From the NCBI GenBank assembly GCA_964428555.1, contig CAYRYS010000004.1:1-64000 (forward strand): DNA of 64,000 nucleotides, read 5' to 3'. Each line of letters opens with the position of its first letter. Position 1 is the stretch's first letter. Source of the stretch: an uncultured Spirochaetales bacterium. GTDB taxonomy: Bacteria > Spirochaetota > Spirochaetia > CAYRYS01. The notes under the pieces were generated by a model that did no database searches, had not been told where the DNA came from, and saw only the letters and a program-made list of their open reading frames with translations. Below, piece by piece: positions 18,853-28,724 of the stretch. A program made the translations under genes and the position numbers.

Positions 18853-21800
18853 TTAGTTTATAAATTTCACCTCCCTACAATGGGCTAACATGCGTTTAAA
18901 ATGATCTCTCTCAACAGCAGGCCAGTGAAATCCCAATTTTGAAAGTAATCGGTTTGTATAGTCAGCTTTTACTAAGTATCCTGTCATATGGGGATTATCC
19001 AGTATATGCGAGTGTAGAATAAGGTTTTGGATATATGGATATATCTCCGGATTCCTGCTTTGCGCATAGAGAAGATCATAGAATTCTTCAATTTCCATAG
19101 TTTCTATTTCTTTTCCGCACCTCTTGAGAAAAGAGCCAAGGTCATACAAACTCAGCGTATTCGGATTTACAATGTGAAAGCATGACTGTATTTTCTCTAG
19201 TGGATTCGCGATTAGGCGGGTAACGGCTTCTGCTGTTTTATCAACAAAAGAAATATCAAATACCTTGTGCTTAAGGTTCGGAAAAGCCTTTAGTTTTATA
19301 TAGGACTGTAGCGCAGTATAAAAGGCATTCTCCCTAATATTCTGCTGAAATATTCCGGTCTCAGAGTCAAACATTATGTTTCCGACTCTGAAGATTACAT
19401 ACCGTTTTCCCTCTAATGCCTTTTTACGTATCAAGTCTTCACCAGTAATTTTTGTATGCACATAATGATTGTCAGAATTCTCCTCAGCATTGTCATATTC
19501 AGTAAAAAAAACAATATCATCTTTCTGCTTCATATGAGCTGTGCCTACACTAGTGGTAGAAATATGATACATATCTTTTTGCTTCCCAGCTTCCGCGAAT
19601 TTCAGGATATGAGAAACTGCAGTTACATTTGCTGCATAAAATTCCTCATATTTTCCATAATGTTTAACTAGAGCAGCTGAGTTGATAATACAATCTACTG
19701 TGTTTGCTAGATAATCATACTCTCTGCATCCCATATCCGGCTTTGCAATATCTCCCTGATAAACGTAGAGACGGCCGGCATATTTTTTGGTTAGATTTTC
19801 TCCGAAATAATTATGAAAACTGCTGCAAGCTCTCTGTATAGGGGTTTCCGCATTTTTCTCCCGAACAATAAGGTGTACTTTTGCTTTTGGAAATTCTTTC
19901 AATACCTCTCTGGTTAAGTAGGCACCTAAGAAACCGGTAGCTCCTGTTATAAGAATATTTGTATAATTAGCTGTATGAAATACTGGAGCAGCAGCGGAAA
20001 CACGACTATTGTATTCTCTCTGCTTAACACCAATAGCCTGGTAAATCTGATTCTCATCCTTAAAATCGTGGGCCTTCTTTCTTAACCGTGTTATTGCAGA
20101 TACCATCTCAATATTCAGCTTTTTCATATGCAGAGCAAGGCTCTCCGGTGTCTCATATTCGAATATTGCATTTAATGAAAGCCGGTATTTTTTTGAAAGC
20201 TCAGCATGAACCTGCACTGCCTTTATTGAGTCTCCTCCTATCTCAAAAAAGTTTTCATAGATACCGATCCGGTTAAGTCCGAGAACATCTTCCCAAACCT
20301 CTATAATGCATTCCTCGCATTCATTTCTAGGAGAACAGTACTCAACACCCGGCCCTCCAGTACCACTAATATCAACAAGCGCTTTTCTATCGATTTTTCC
20401 GTTTTTTGTGACAGGAAATTTCTCAAGGGGAACAATCACTGAGGGCACCATATAACTAGGAAGCGCAGCAATTAGGCTGTTCCGTATTTCTTGTATTGAC
20501 CCATTAAGTACACCTGTAACATACGCTGCAATGTATTGATTTCCATGTTTATCTTTTTTTGCCATTACCAATGCATTTTCAATGGATGGAATAGTTCTTA
20601 GAGTGTGTTCAATCTCACCAAGTTCAACCCTGTTACCCCGGATTTTCACCTGATTATCAATCCTGCCTAAAAATTCGATTGTTCCGTTTACCAGCCACCT
20701 GCCAAGGTCCCCTGACCTGTATAGTTTCTTATCTTCAACAAAGGGATTTTCCACAAAGCGTTGTTTTGTTAGTTCTGTGTTATGGTAATACCCAACACCA
20801 AGCCCGGCGCCCCCAATATACAGTTCCCCGGGAGTACCAATAGGTACAGGATTTTTGTAGGCGTCTAATACATATATTTCATGATTATGAATAGGCTTCC
20901 CGATTGACGGCTTTTTCGTGTACCGGTTATCGGTACGAACCAATTGACTCGTTGAAAAAACAGTTGTCTCAGTTGGGCCATAGAGATTATATAAGGAAAA
21001 AGGCAGTGTATGCTCAGGAAATTCAGCAAGCTCATCCCCGCCTGTTAAGAGAACACGAAGCTGTGTATTTTCGCGCTCCCAAGATAGGGAGAGAAGGCGG
21101 TTTGTTATTGGCGAAGGTTGAAAAGTTATTGTGATTGCATTTGCCCCGAGCCAATGCTGAAGGTCCTGTGGACTTAAACGCACCATGGACGGAGTAATAT
21201 ACAATGTAGCACCGCATGTAAGTCCAGGCCACAGCTCCAGTGCCATTGCATCAAATCCAGGAGAAGCAGCAAGTGTCATCCTATCTGTATCAGAGACTCG
21301 GTACTCTGATCGATAAAAATGCAGGAGGTTCACAAAGCTATTATGAGAGATCTCTACACCTTTCGGGTGCCCTGTAGATCCGGAAGTATAGATTATATAA
21401 GCAGGGTCATTGCTTTTAACATTACTCGTAAAAGAAGAAACTTCGCCCAGAGTATTTTCATCATCCATAATAACTGGATCAATATTCTGAAATATATGAG
21501 CATCCTGTTTAAAGCAAAGAGCAGCCTCAGCCTTACTGTTTTCAAGGATGTACTTTACCCGTGCCTCTGGGTACTCCCGGTCAATGGGGAGATAAGGTAT
21601 TCCGTTCTTCATTACTGCAAGTATGCTTATTACAGTATAAATGGAAACATCAGCAAGCACTAAGACAGGCTTTGTTTTATTTGTAATCCTTTGCTTTAGG
21701 ACTCCAGCAAGATAATTTGCACGTCTATCCAGCAGTCTGTAGCTTATTTCCGTATTCCCTTGCACTATCGCGGTTTTTTCCGGAAAACGCTGCACAGCCT

Positions 21801-24800
21801 CCTGAAATAAACTAAGAATTGTTAAATTTTCTCCTTCTAAATACTCTGGTTTTTTTAGTCCTTGAAATTCTTCCAAGAGGAGCTTCTTCTCTTCAGTACT
21901 GATACAAGGAAGCTCGGATAATTTCCTATCAGGCGCTTGCGTGCTCAGCTCCAACATAGATATAAAGCGCTGAGCAATGAGGAACACATACTCATCAGGA
22001 TATATATTCTTATTATACAGAAATCGGATCCTTAACTCATTCTCAGGCAATATCTCAATATTGAATGAATACTCTGTCTGTTCAAAAGCAGTGTAAGAAA
22101 GAACCTTTGCCCTCCCTGCATTACCGATATACTCATGGCCGATTAGAGGAGTTTCACTATCATAATTTTCAAATCCATAAACGTGCTTAACTACATTCTT
22201 GCCGAACATGCTGTTTATTTTGTACAAAGGATAAAATTGGTGCTCAGTTCGAATTTCTGCAGCAGCTGTTCTTATACAAGAAGAAACACTAGCCTCCGGA
22301 TCCGCATCCACCCGTACAGGGAGAATATTAATACAGAGTCCTGCTATTTTATCCATGCCTTCTACCTCTGGCGGTCGTACTGTTGACACAGCTCCAAAGA
22401 CAGCTTCTTCTGTTCCTGTACTCTTGGCAATCAGCAATCCCCAAATAGTCTGCATCACAATATTTAGGGTAGTCCCAAAACTCTTGGCTAATTCCCGAGT
22501 GCGGCCTGACAATTCCGGAGAACAGCGAAACTCCTGCTGCCTTGGTGCATACTCAGTATCCCCATGATAAAATCCCGGTATTTCAGATGCTTCTCCTATT
22601 CCCTTTAAATATTCTCTCCAGTATTTTTCACTGTTTTTATACCTTTGCTTTGAAAACCATTTTTCATAAACAAGCAATGACGGACTAGGCTCATACCCTT
22701 TATGACTTCCCACTATCCGGTTTAAAAGTTCATCCACTATCTTGAACATACTCCATCCATCAAGAATAATGTGATGAAAACAGATTAATAACCCATAGCA
22801 GCCTTCTCTTCGTTTCTGTATCCGCACTCGGAACAAGGGCCCCCTGGCAAGCAAAAAAGGGGCTTTTCTCTCATTTTCCAAAATCTGCTTCCATAGCTCT
22901 TCTTCAGAGGCAGATTCAGAGTGATCATATTCCTTTACATCCGGATCCACTCTGCGCAAAACTACCCTCAGCGGCTCAGTCAGATGATCAGAGAGAAAAA
23001 TACTCCGCAAGGCTTCATGTGTACGGTGAAGCTGTACCACAGCGTCTGTTACTTCAAACACATCAATTTCACCTTCCAGTATTACCTCCATAAGCTCAAA
23101 ATACGCTTTTGAATCAGGGTGTTTTACAGCCTGTACAAGCAGCCCCTGTTCCAGCGGAGTCAATTTCCCAAGCCGTTCAATTGAAGAAATCTCAACCTGC
23201 TCCTTTATGGCATTCCAATCTTCTCTGTGTAATCCAGGCAAGAACAGGTCCCCTGGAGTTGTCACCCTTTCCTGTTTTGTCTGCAAAAAACGCAGCACAG
23301 TTCTCAGTTCATTCTTAAAAGCAATTGGAAATACTGCCGGATCATTCACAGGAACTCCTTCAGCATGTATTTCAAAAAGCGTGTGCAGTTTACCTTCATG
23401 GATCCACGCATTTATAGAGAAAGGATAGGGTTGACGGTTTTGGCATGCAGAGGTTAGCCGCAATTCTTGCAGATCCAGCATTCTGTTGTCATTACCGGAA
23501 GCATCGATTTCTCCGAGAAAGTTAAAACTTATTTCAGGCATAATACTGGGAACTTCATTATTCTTAGACAGATACACAAAAGGCGCATACCAAAACCCTT
23601 TATCCGGCACCATGAGAAGCCGTTCTTTCACAGAAATCATATTTTCTTCAGGATTATGTAGGTACTGAAGAAGAAGAGGATAAAAACTGGTAAACCATCC
23701 AATGGTATCGCCGCAATCCAGGTCAAGGACATCCTCTCTACCGTGAGTTTCTTTCATAATGTAAATAGTATCGAGCTCCCCCCATTGATACAAAGCTCTA
23801 GATAAAAGAGTAAGCAGTACAGCTTCCATGGACATCCCATAGATCTGCTGGGCCTTCTGGGCTAATGAAGCTGTCTCATCAAAACTAATTTCTATTTCCT
23901 CAGAAAATACGGTACAGGACTTTCCAAACACCTGTTTATCGAAAAAAACGCACTCACCCTTTTCCGATAATTGTTTGTTCCAATATTCAATCTGCCAATC
24001 CACAACCCCGCTTTCCAATGTTGTATACAGTTTTTCTGTCCACCCCTTAAATGAAACACTTGATCGCTTCAAGGATGTATTAGGAGCGGACAATCCTTTT
24101 TCTATCATAACTTTCAGGATATTCCAGGACACGCTGTCAACACAAAGATGGTGAATACAAAGTTTTAAAAATTGGACACCATCTTGGTAATAGAGTTTGT
24201 ACCCCCCCACAGGACCTTGTGCAATATTAATCTTAGATGCCAGCTCATCCTCTTCCTGCCAAGGGACTATCATCTCAGTTCCTTCAGGCATTATCTGCTG
24301 ATAAAGCACTTCTCCTGTTTCCGTATTAAGGGGATACAAAGTACGGAGCGCTTCTTGGGTATCCACTATCTCCTGTAACACCCTCTGCAAGTCTGTAGGA
24401 TCTATTGGTTCAGCAAAGGAAAAGAGCGCTTCTTGTGCCCAGTAGTGCGGATTATTCAAGCGAAGGGAGGAAAACCATTTTTGAATAGAAGAAAGCCGGA
24501 ATGTCCCTGTCTCCTGTACAGTAACCGCAACTTCTCCTTCCGCAAGTGAATTGATCTTACCCGATAGTTCTGTAAGCACTGGAGCAGCAAAAACATCGGA
24601 TACTGTACACTTGTACCCAGACTCACGAAGAGCAGTACAGACCATAATGGCTTTAATTGAATCGCCGCCTATGTGAAAAAAATTATCATTTTTTTCAATA
24701 GAAGAAGCGCTTAGTACAGACTTCCATGCTGAAAATACTGCCTTTTCCTTTTTAGTAAGGGAAGAATAGCTGCTGGAACCAGAGATTTCATACTGACCCT

Positions 24801-27639
24801 GTCCATGCATACACTGTTTTGCCAAAGCCTTTCTATCTATTTTACCACTTTGGGTTCTTGGAAATTTTTCGGTATCATGAAAAAACCCGGGCACCATGTA
24901 TCCTGGGAGTTTTTCACTCAAGAGCTTACGTATTCCTTCTATAGATATTTCCTTATTTTGTATAAAAACGGCATGAAGCGAAAAGGTGCCTGTAGTTTCT
25001 TTAACAGGCACGACAACAGCATGCTGAATTTCAGAGAAGCCATGTAATGCAGCCTCAATTTCGCCGACCTCCACTCTGTGGCCACGGATTTTTATCTGGT
25101 TATCAATTCGCTGTATAAAACGAATATCGCCCCCGGGAAGTCTGCGGACAAGGTCCCCTGAACAGTACATCCGCATTTCCGGGAAATACGGATCCTGCAC
25201 AAAGCGATCTTGCGTAAGCTCCTCATTATTCACATACCCTAAACTTACCCCAAGCCCGCTAATACATAGCTCCCCTGACCAGGCCTCAGGTAATACTTTC
25301 CTGTATGTGTTCATGATATACACAATACTGCTTGGTTCAGGCTTTCCAATATTTACAATATTTGCTTTAAGATCATCCATTCCCAGCTGTTTCAAGGTCA
25401 CATAAATAGTTGTTTCTGTAGGTCCATATTGGTTTAGTATCCGTATATGAGAATACTTTTTTTTCCATTCAATAAGTGCAGCAGGAGTAAGTGCTTCTCC
25501 GCCTAGGATTACACACCTAAGAGACCGGCACTTGGCTTCTCCTGAAAGTAAATCCTGATTTACAACTCCGTAAAAAGATGAAGGAACTTGTGTAAATACC
25601 GTAACCTTATAAGCTTCAAGCAGATCTAAACAAGCAATAGGATCGGTTGTTACCGCCTTGGGCACAATCACAAGCCGGCCGCCGTACAGCAGGGGCGCGA
25701 ATATTTCCATAACAGAAGGATCAAATATGAATGAATGAAACATAGTCCAAACATCATTGCAGCTAATTCCGAGGGGATTATCAAAATGCAGTAAAAGGCG
25801 CACAATGTTCTGATGAGAAACAAGCACTCCCTTAGGTTTGCCGGTAGTTCCGGAGGTATAGATGATATATGCTCCGTTTTCAGGAGATAGCTGACTAGGC
25901 TCTGTACGGGCAGGCTGCTGAGATAAATGATACATATCTTCAATATCCACGGACATAGTATTTCCGAAGCCCTGACTTTTTTTGGATTTAATAAGGATTA
26001 CTGCGTTACTATCCGAAAGCATGTATTCAGCTCTGCGGCAGGGTGTTTCCGGATCAATTGGAAGATACACAGCACCTGCTTTTAGAACTCCAATAATGGC
26101 GAGGATCATTGGAATGCCGCGGTCTAAAGATATCGCAATAGTATCCCCCATAGCTGCCCCTTTTTTGTTCAAATACAAGGCAATGGCACTGCTTTTCCTA
26201 TCAAGCTCTTCATATGTTATGCTTTCATGCTCATACAGCACTGCTGTTTTCTGGGGATACATTTTTGCAACGGCTTCAAAGGCAGAGACAATTGTTGCAT
26301 TCAGAGGGTATCCGCTGTTGAAATCTGTTTTTTTCTTATAAGCAGCCAATTCTGTACTGCTAAGCAGTTCTAAAGAGGAAACCGGGGAATTGTATGCTTT
26401 CAAACCGCTCTTGAATAAGTTCATCATAACCTTAGGAATTGCCGCTATTTCCTGTTCAGAAAAAACCTCAGTCTGATAATCAATTTCAAACAGGATCCTC
26501 CCTGAGCCGTCCCTTTGGTTTACATGAATAACCAAAGGGGATTGCTCATATCCGTAGAACTGCCACTGATTGTTTATGTCACATTGGTTTTCCTCATATG
26601 AAAACACAATCTGCAGTAAATCAGAGTGTATTTCCTTCTTTTTCCTTAATTCCTCTAGTAGTGAGTCATAGGGATATTTCTGGTTCCGCAGCAGTGAAGT
26701 TATGTCAGCTGCTGTCTGTTTAACAATCTCGCTAAAACTATTATTTGGGTCTATACAAATATTATATGCCATAGTATTTACAAACATACCCGCTGCAGCT
26801 TTAGCAGAACGGCTTGTTCTCCCGTGGGTTGTTGTACCAACAATAAAGCGTTCCTTGTTTTGCCAATGCAGAATTAACACTTTCAACAGGGAAAAGAAAA
26901 CAGAATAAAGCGAACAGGAGTTCTCTGCACAATAGCGCTCAAGTAATTGTTTCTCTTCATAAGACAGAGCAGTTTCATAGCGGTCTGCTTTTGGAGAAGT
27001 ATATTCAGGGAAATCGAAAGGCTCAGGTAGATCATTAAGATGGTCCAGCCAATACTGTTTATTTTTTTCTGCCCGTTCTGTAGTTAAATACCTTTGTTCT
27101 TCCTCAATGAAAGAAGCATAATAGGTATTCCTTTTTCTATCAGGAAAATTGCCCGACTCTATCAATGAACAATAGTGCACATAAATTTCCTCTGCGAGCA
27201 GCTGAAAAGTCCAGCCGTCAGAGACAAGGTGATGCATTCTCAACAGGAAGCCTGATGAACCGTCCGCGTACTCAGCAGGAAAGACTGAGATGTAATTTGA
27301 AAGATCACAGTTATCGCCTGATGTACTAATTTTATGTATCCATTCTTTCTCTTCAGACAGAGAGTTCAGGATTATAGGCTCCCTGATATCATGCTTCTTG
27401 TAATCAGTAAAACTCTGTCTGAGACCGCTTTTATCTATAACAAACTCTACATTTAATGCCGAATGCAGCCTCAGAGTATTTTCTATTGCTTTTATGAGAA
27501 GCGGAAATTGTATTTCACAGGGAAAAGCTATTCTATAGGTTAATATGCAAAGCGCAGTATTAGGGTACTTCTGAGCAGAATACCAAATCCTTTTTTGTGC
27601 ATGAGACAAGTCTGTTAATAAACCATAATTACCTATCAT
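18853..27639 (-). CDS. Non-ribosomal peptide synthetase, 2928 aa, domain order C-A-T-E-C-A-T-R (terminal thioester reductase)
   Basis: Motifs in order: HHLVSDGW (C1, near nt 27220); SGTTGKPKG, NQYGPTETT and KIRGHRVEVGEIE (A1, near 25840); FFHIGGDSIKA (T1, near 24665); HHLCVDSVSW (E-type His motif, near 24140); HHIILDGWS (C2, near 22775); SGSTGHPKG and NLYGPTETT (A2, near 21385); FFEIGGDSIKA (T2, near 20235); ILITGATGFLGAYL (NAD(P)-binding R domain, near 19940). AAGGAAAG RBS. Confidence 0.9.
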   Translation of the reverse strand: MIGNYGLLTDLSHAQKRIWYSAQKYPNTALCILTYRIAFPCEIQFPLLIKAIENTLRLHSALNVEFVIDKSGLRQSFTDYKKHDIREPIILNSLSEEKEWIHKISTSGDNCDLSNYISVFPAEYADGSSGFLLRMHHLVSDGWTFQLLAEEIYVHYCSLIESGNFPDRKRNTYYASFIEEEQRYLTTERAEKNKQYWLDHLNDLPEPFDFPEYTSPKADRYETALSYEEKQLLERYCAENSCSLYSVFFSLLKVLILHWQNKERFIVGTTTHGRTSRSAKAAAGMFVNTMAYNICIDPNNSFSEIVKQTAADITSLLRNQKYPYDSLLEELRKKKEIHSDLLQIVFSYEENQCDINNQWQFYGYEQSPLVIHVNQRDGSGRILFEIDYQTEVFSEQEIAAIPKVMMNLFKSGLKAYNSPVSSLELLSSTELAAYKKKTDFNSGYPLNATIVSAFEAVAKMYPQKTAVLYEHESITYEELDRKSSAIALYLNKKGAAMGDTIAISLDRGIPMILAIIGVLKAGAVYLPIDPETPCRRAEYMLSDSNAVILIKSKKSQGFGNTMSVDIEDMYHLSQQPARTEPSQLSPENGAYIIYTSGTTGKPKGVLVSHQNIVRLLLHFDNPLGISCNDVWTMFHSFIFDPSVMEIFAPLLYGGRLVIVPKAVTTDPIACLDLLEAYKVTVFTQVPSSFYGVVNQDLLSGEAKCRSLRCVILGGEALTPAALIEWKKKYSHIRILNQYGPTETTIYVTLKQLGMDDLKANIVNIGKPEPSSIVYIMNTYRKVLPEAWSGELCISGLGVSLGYVNNEELTQDRFVQDPYFPEMRMYCSGDLVRRLPGGDIRFIQRIDNQIKIRGHRVEVGEIEAALHGFSEIQHAVVVPVKETTGTFSLHAVFIQNKEISIEGIRKLLSEKLPGYMVPGFFHDTEKFPRTQSGKIDRKALAKQCMHGQGQYEISGSSSYSSLTKKEKAVFSAWKSVLSASSIEKNDNFFHIGGDSIKAIMVCTALRESGYKCTVSDVFAAPVLTELSGKINSLAEGEVAVTVQETGTFRLSSIQKWFSSLRLNNPHYWAQEALFSFAEPIDPTDLQRVLQEIVDTQEALRTLYPLNTETGEVLYQQIMPEGTEMIVPWQEEDELASKINIAQGPVGGYKLYYQDGVQFLKLCIHHLCVDSVSWNILKVMIEKGLSAPNTSLKRSSVSFKGWTEKLYTTLESGVVDWQIEYWNKQLSEKGECVFFDKQVFGKSCTVFSEEIEISFDETASLAQKAQQIYGMSMEAVLLTLLSRALYQWGELDTIYIMKETHGREDVLDLDCGDTIGWFTSFYPLLLQYLHNPEENMISVKERLLMVPDKGFWYAPFVYLSKNNEVPSIMPEISFNFLGEIDASGNDNRMLDLQELRLTSACQNRQPYPFSINAWIHEGKLHTLFEIHAEGVPVNDPAVFPIAFKNELRTVLRFLQTKQERVTTPGDLFLPGLHREDWNAIKEQVEISSIERLGKLTPLEQGLLVQAVKHPDSKAYFELMEVILEGEIDVFEVTDAVVQLHRTHEALRSIFLSDHLTEPLRVVLRRVDPDVKEYDHSESASEEELWKQILENERKAPFLLARGPLFRVRIQKRREGCYGLLICFHHIILDGWSMFKIVDELLNRIVGSHKGYEPSPSLLVYEKWFSKQRYKNSEKYWREYLKGIGEASEIPGFYHGDTEYAPRQQEFRCSPELSGRTRELAKSFGTTLNIVMQTIWGLLIAKSTGTEEAVFGAVSTVRPPEVEGMDKIAGLCINILPVRVDADPEASVSSCIRTAAAEIRTEHQFYPLYKINSMFGKNVVKHVYGFENYDSETPLIGHEYIGNAGRAKVLSYTAFEQTEYSFNIEILPENELRIRFLYNKNIYPDEYVFLIAQRFISMLELSTQAPDRKLSELPCISTEEKKLLLEEFQGLKKPEYLEGENLTILSLFQEAVQRFPEKTAIVQGNTEISYRLLDRRANYLAGVLKQRITNKTKPVLVLADVSIYTVISILAVMKNGIPYLPIDREYPEARVKYILENSKAEAALCFKQDAHIFQNIDPVIMDDENTLGEVSSFTSNVKSNDPAYIIYTSGSTGHPKGVEISHNSFVNLLHFYRSEYRVSDTDRMTLAASPGFDAMALELWPGLTCGATLYITPSMVRLSPQDLQHWLGANAITITFQPSPITNRLLSLSWERENTQLRVLLTGGDELAEFPEHTLPFSLYNLYGPTETTVFSTSQLVRTDNRYTKKPSIGKPIHNHEIYVLDAYKNPVPIGTPGELYIGGAGLGVGYYHNTELTKQRFVENPFVEDKKLYRSGDLGRWLVNGTIEFLGRIDNQVKIRGNRVELGEIEHTLRTIPSIENALVMAKKDKHGNQYIAAYVTGVLNGSIQEIRNSLIAALPSYMVPSVIVPLEKFPVTKNGKIDRKALVDISGTGGPGVEYCSPRNECEECIIEVWEDVLGLNRIGIYENFFEIGGDSIKAVQVHAELSKKYRLSLNAIFEYETPESLALHMKKLNIEMVSAITRLRKKAHDFKDENQIYQAIGVKQREYNSRVSAAAPVFHTANYTNILITGATGFLGAYLTREVLKEFPKAKVHLIVREKNAETPIQRACSSFHNYFGENLTKKYAGRLYVYQGDIAKPDMGCREYDYLANTVDCIINSAALVKHYGKYEEFYAANVTAVSHILKFAEAGKQKDMYHISTTSVGTAHMKQKDDIVFFTEYDNAEENSDNHYVHTKITGEDLIRKKALEGKRYVIFRVGNIMFDSETGIFQQNIRENAFYTALQSYIKLKAFPNLKHKVFDISFVDKTAEAVTRLIANPLEKIQSCFHIVNPNTLSLYDLGSFLKRCGKEIETMEIEEFYDLLYAQSRNPEIYPYIQNLILHSHILDNPHMTGYLVKADYTNRLLSKLGFHWPAVERDHFKRMLAHCREVKFIN

Positions 27640-27727
27640 ATTTACTTTCCTTATTTAGAAAATAGATTTTTTTTACTTTTTTATATTTTTCCAAGCATCT
27701 CAGACTACGATTATTGAAGAAAGAACG

Positions 27728-27756
27728 TTGACATAATAAAGTCATCAACTTAAACT
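27728..27756 (+). promoter_or_regulatory. Putative promoter (TTGACA-17nt-TAAACT) for the solute-binding protein gene
   Basis: TTGACA at 27728..27733, 17-nt spacer, TAAACT at 27751..27756, about 30 nt before the RBS AAGGAG and ATG 27786. Confidence 0.3.
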
Positions 27757-27785
27757 GTCAATAAAAGATAAATAAAGGAGAAAAC

Positions 27786-28637
27786 ATGAATAAATCTATT
27801 CTCTCAATTCTTATCGTATTTATCGTTTTATCCATTGGAGCTTGTAACAGAACAAGCAATATTGAAGTTCAGGAGGTAGCTTCCCAAGAACAGGATGCTG
27901 ATTCGGGAAGTGAAGCAGAAACAGAAATTGAAACTCCGGAAATTCGAATATCCCCGGAAGACGAGCTTACTATCTATGCCCGTTCCGAATATGAACCCTT
28001 TATATACCTAGATGAAAATGAAGAAATGACAGGATTTGTTATTGAAGTAGAAGAAGCAATTCTCGAAGAGATGGGCCAGAATTATCGCTTTATCCCGTAT
28101 ACAGATAATCAACAAGCTTTGTTTGACGTAAAGGTCGGAACTGTACACGCCATATTAGCATGTACAAGAGATCCGATATTTGATGTGTATACGTTAAGTG
28201 ATACATACTATTCCATCACAGCTCCCCTCTTTGTGCGCAATGAAACCGAGAATATCGGAGGGGATAATCTTGAGCAGGTAATTGAAAGCCTTTCAGGCAG
28301 GACTGTCGGAGTACAAAGCAGAGGTGCAGAGGTGAGTTTTTTCCGTAGTTATCCGGAAATAGAGGTGCGGGAATACCCTACAGGTACAGTTGCAATGGAA
28401 GCGCTAGTAAATGGAGAGGTGGACGCTAAAATGGAAGTGCTGGAAAACGGATTATTCCTTGCTGAACAAAACAACTGGGACATTAAGCCTGTGGGCGTCC
28501 CGATTATACAAATTGAAACAGCAACCGGGTTTTACGCAGGGCTTGATGACAGTACTGTTGAACGGTATAACCAGGCAATGCAGATAGTTGTTGAAAACGG
28601 GACCTTTGACGCGATATATTCCAGATGGTTCGAATAG
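27786..28637 (+). CDS. Periplasmic solute-binding lipoprotein (family-3 / amino-acid-binding fold)
   Basis: Lipoprotein signal MNKSILSILIVFIVLSIGAC, acidic linker, then the SBP_bac_3-like fold. Sits immediately upstream of a Cache histidine kinase. Confidence 0.65.
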   Translation: MNKSILSILIVFIVLSIGACNRTSNIEVQEVASQEQDADSGSEAETEIETPEIRISPEDELTIYARSEYEPFIYLDENEEMTGFVIEVEEAILEEMGQNYRFIPYTDNQQALFDVKVGTVHAILACTRDPIFDVYTLSDTYYSITAPLFVRNETENIGGDNLEQVIESLSGRTVGVQSRGAEVSFFRSYPEIEVREYPTGTVAMEALVNGEVDAKMEVLENGLFLAEQNNWDIKPVGVPIIQIETATGFYAGLDDSTVERYNQAMQIVVENGTFDAIYSRWFE

Positions 28638-28724
28638 CAAATGTATCCGCCCTGCCTGAAAGGAACAAACTAATTAAACAAAGCATCGATATGGTCAAAA
28701 GTCATAGGGTTTTAAGAGGTATAT

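Noticed and set aside
19456-26908. Numerous 60-120-aa plus-strand ORFs inside the NRPS gene
   Set aside because: They lie antisense within an 8.8-kb gene whose motifs are intact. They have no RBS and no conserved motifs, and are typical shadow ORFs.
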